Below the pieces are notes generated by a model. That model saw only the letters and a list, made by a program, of their open reading frames with translations, was not told where the DNA came from and ran no database searches. From Desulfocapsa sulfexigens DSM 10523 (GTDB lineage Bacteria; Desulfobacterota; Desulfobulbia; Desulfobulbales; Desulfocapsaceae), in NCBI RefSeq assembly GCF_000341395.1, contig NC_020304.1, forward strand, positions 930,001 to 962,000: 32,000 nt of DNA, given 5' to 3'. Every line of letters starts with the position of its first letter. Position 1 is the stretch's first letter. Both the position numbers and the translations under genes were made by a program. Shown piece after piece: positions 30,326-32,000 of this stretch.

Positions 30326-31678
30326 TTATTCCAAACCTAATTTTTTAATCTTCCGCCATAAAGAAACTCGGTCAATCCCCAGAGCTTTAGCGGCTTCGGT
30401 CTTGTTGAACCCTGTTTCCTTAAGTATCCATTCAATATAGGATTTTTCTACCTCTTCCATACTTGCGTACTTTCCAGCACTTTTTCTGAAGGTCTGGATA
30501 TCCAAATTACGAAGGTCATCCGGTATTTGAGCAAGACCCAGAGTATTGCCAGTAGCAAGGGCAACTCCTCGTTCGACTATATTTTCAAGTTCTCGAACAT
30601 TTCCTGGAAAGTCATAATGCTGTAGGGTATCAAGCACATCCTGACTTATCTCGGTGATTTGTTTTCTCATTGAAGAATTATATTTGTCGAGAAAAAATCG
30701 CACAAGAAGTGGAATGTCATCTTTGCGATCAGAAAGGGGTGGGATTTTTAAAGAAACAACGTTGATCCGGTAAAAAAGATCCTGTCTGAAATGACCGGAT
30801 CTTACCTCTTTTTCAAGGTCCCTGTTGGTCGCTGCAACAAAACGGACATTCACCTTCACCGGTTTCGTCCCACCAACTCGCATTACCTCCTGCTCCTGTA
30901 ACACTCTCAGGAATTTAACCTGCATGGACAGCGGCATTTCTGTGATTTCATCTAAAAAAAGAGTACCGCCATCCGCCATCTCCACCAACCCCTTCTTGTC
31001 CTGATCGGCGCCAGTAAAGGCGCCCTGGCTATGTCCAAAAAGCTCATTGGTCAACAACTCCTCACTGAAGGCTCCGCAGTTTATTGACAGCATTGTCTGT
31101 TCATTTCGAGGACTGGATCTGTGAATATATTTAGCCAGGAGCTCTTTTCCGGTACCTGACTCGCCACTGATAACTATATTAGTGTCTGTACCGGCTACCT
31201 GTTTGGCTACCTCAAGAAGTCCCTTCATTAAATGGTTGTGAGTCACGATCTGCAACTGGGATTCCTGGCAAGCAGATTCCTTTCGCAACTCCTCAACCTC
31301 CTGAATAAGCTGATATTTTTGAACAGCCTCAAAAACAACCTTGCGAACCTCTTCCAGTTTAAAAGGTTTGGTGATGTAATGATATGCTCCTGCTTTTAAG
31401 GATTCCACTGCAGAGTCGACGGTGGAAAACCCGGTAATCATGATGACCTCGGTTTGCGGGTATAATGATTTAACGCGTTTTAAGACCTGCATTCCATCAA
31501 CCTGTGGCATTTTGAGATCTGTCAGGACCAGGGGAAACTCATTTTTTTCCAAATAACTCAATGCCTGTTTCCCGCTCTTGGCTGCAACCACCTGGTATCC
31601 CTCTTTCCTTAAAACATGACAGAGGTTTTTTAAGGCCACTTCCTCATCATCAACAACTAAAATATCAACTTCCGACAT
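30326..31678 (-). CDS. Sigma-54-dependent response regulator (REC-AAA+-Fis HTH)
   Basis: 450 aa; receiver VDDEE...LTDLKMP...TKP, GESGTGKELLAKYIH, GAFTGA, FPGNVRELENIVER, C-terminal NKTEAAKALGIDRVSLWRKIKKLG. Confidence 0.97.
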   Translation of the reverse strand: MSEVDILVVDDEEVALKNLCHVLRKEGYQVVAAKSGKQALSYLEKNEFPLVLTDLKMPQVDGMQVLKRVKSLYPQTEVIMITGFSTVDSAVESLKAGAYHYITKPFKLEEVRKVVFEAVQKYQLIQEVEELRKESACQESQLQIVTHNHLMKGLLEVAKQVAGTDTNIVISGESGTGKELLAKYIHRSSPRNEQTMLSINCGAFSEELLTNELFGHSQGAFTGADQDKKGLVEMADGGTLFLDEITEMPLSMQVKFLRVLQEQEVMRVGGTKPVKVNVRFVAATNRDLEKEVRSGHFRQDLFYRINVVSLKIPPLSDRKDDIPLLVRFFLDKYNSSMRKQITEISQDVLDTLQHYDFPGNVRELENIVERGVALATGNTLGLAQIPDDLRNLDIQTFRKSAGKYASMEEVEKSYIEWILKETGFNKTEAAKALGIDRVSLWRKIKKLGLE

Positions 31679-32000
31679 CAGGAAATCTCCCCGGCAGGAA
31701 GAATGATGGTGAACACCGCTCCCTTGCCCGCACTATCAACAGTAATTCGACCACCATGCTGAACAATAATATCGTGAACTATAAAGAGACCAAGACCGGA
31801 TCCCTGCCCTGTATCCTTAGTCGTAAAAAAAGGATCAAAAATCTTTTCCTGCATTTTTTGGGGAATGCCCGGGCCATTATCGCTGATAGCGATTTTCACA
31901 TCTCCATGATTCTTCCAGGCTCTGATTATTATCACCCCCTGACCGTCCAAGGCATCAATACCATTTCTCAAAAGATTAATGAACACCTGCTGAATTTTTT
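31678..32000 (-). CDS. Sensor histidine kinase, C-terminal HATPase fragment, cut by right window edge
   Basis: [17 protein letters not shown] (N box), [39 protein letters not shown]; reading frame is open to the window edge, and its TGA overlaps the regulator ATG. Confidence 0.95.
   Translation of the reverse strand, partial: KIQQVFINLLRNGIDALDGQGVIIIRAWKNHGDVKIAISDNGPGIPQKMQEKIFDPFFTTKDTGQGSGLGLFIVHDIIVQHGGRITVDSAGKGAVFTIILPAGEIS

Overview
Ordinary-looking bacterial chromosome segment, probably from a sulfate-reducer-like Desulfobacterota relative (taxonomy is inference only). I see no CRISPR array, rRNA, phage or intact transposon. The minus strand carries: the N-terminus of secB (cut by the left edge), uvrA, a CoA-binding protein, a selenocysteine tRNA (convergent with glyQ), tRNA-Pro(TGG), tRNA-Asn(GTT) and a P2-type cation ATPase. 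It also carries a tightly packed cluster of MarR regulator, HlyD-type adaptor, RND pump, TolC-type protein, SGNH-like protein, class V PLP enzyme, YdfG-like SDR, DUF4412-like and DUF4136-like proteins. The plus strand has glyQ, a short acidic-tailed protein, an unannotated 49-aa ORF, and def-fmt-larC-pgpA. On the minus strand again are a J-domain protein and plsY, then uppP, a ThiY-like ABC transporter (three genes), thiD, a TPP riboswitch and thiC. The right end has a sigma-54 response regulator and the C-terminus of its partner histidine kinase (cut by the edge). Observations most worth a second look: a P-type ATPase whose TM4 motif is PTALP instead of PEGLP, the nine-gene efflux/enzyme cluster, a TPP riboswitch that sits inside an operon, a ~99-nt imperfect inverted-repeat element between pgpA and thiC, the small unannotated ORF, and an Asp-rich protein beside selC. 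Nothing here proves a new system.
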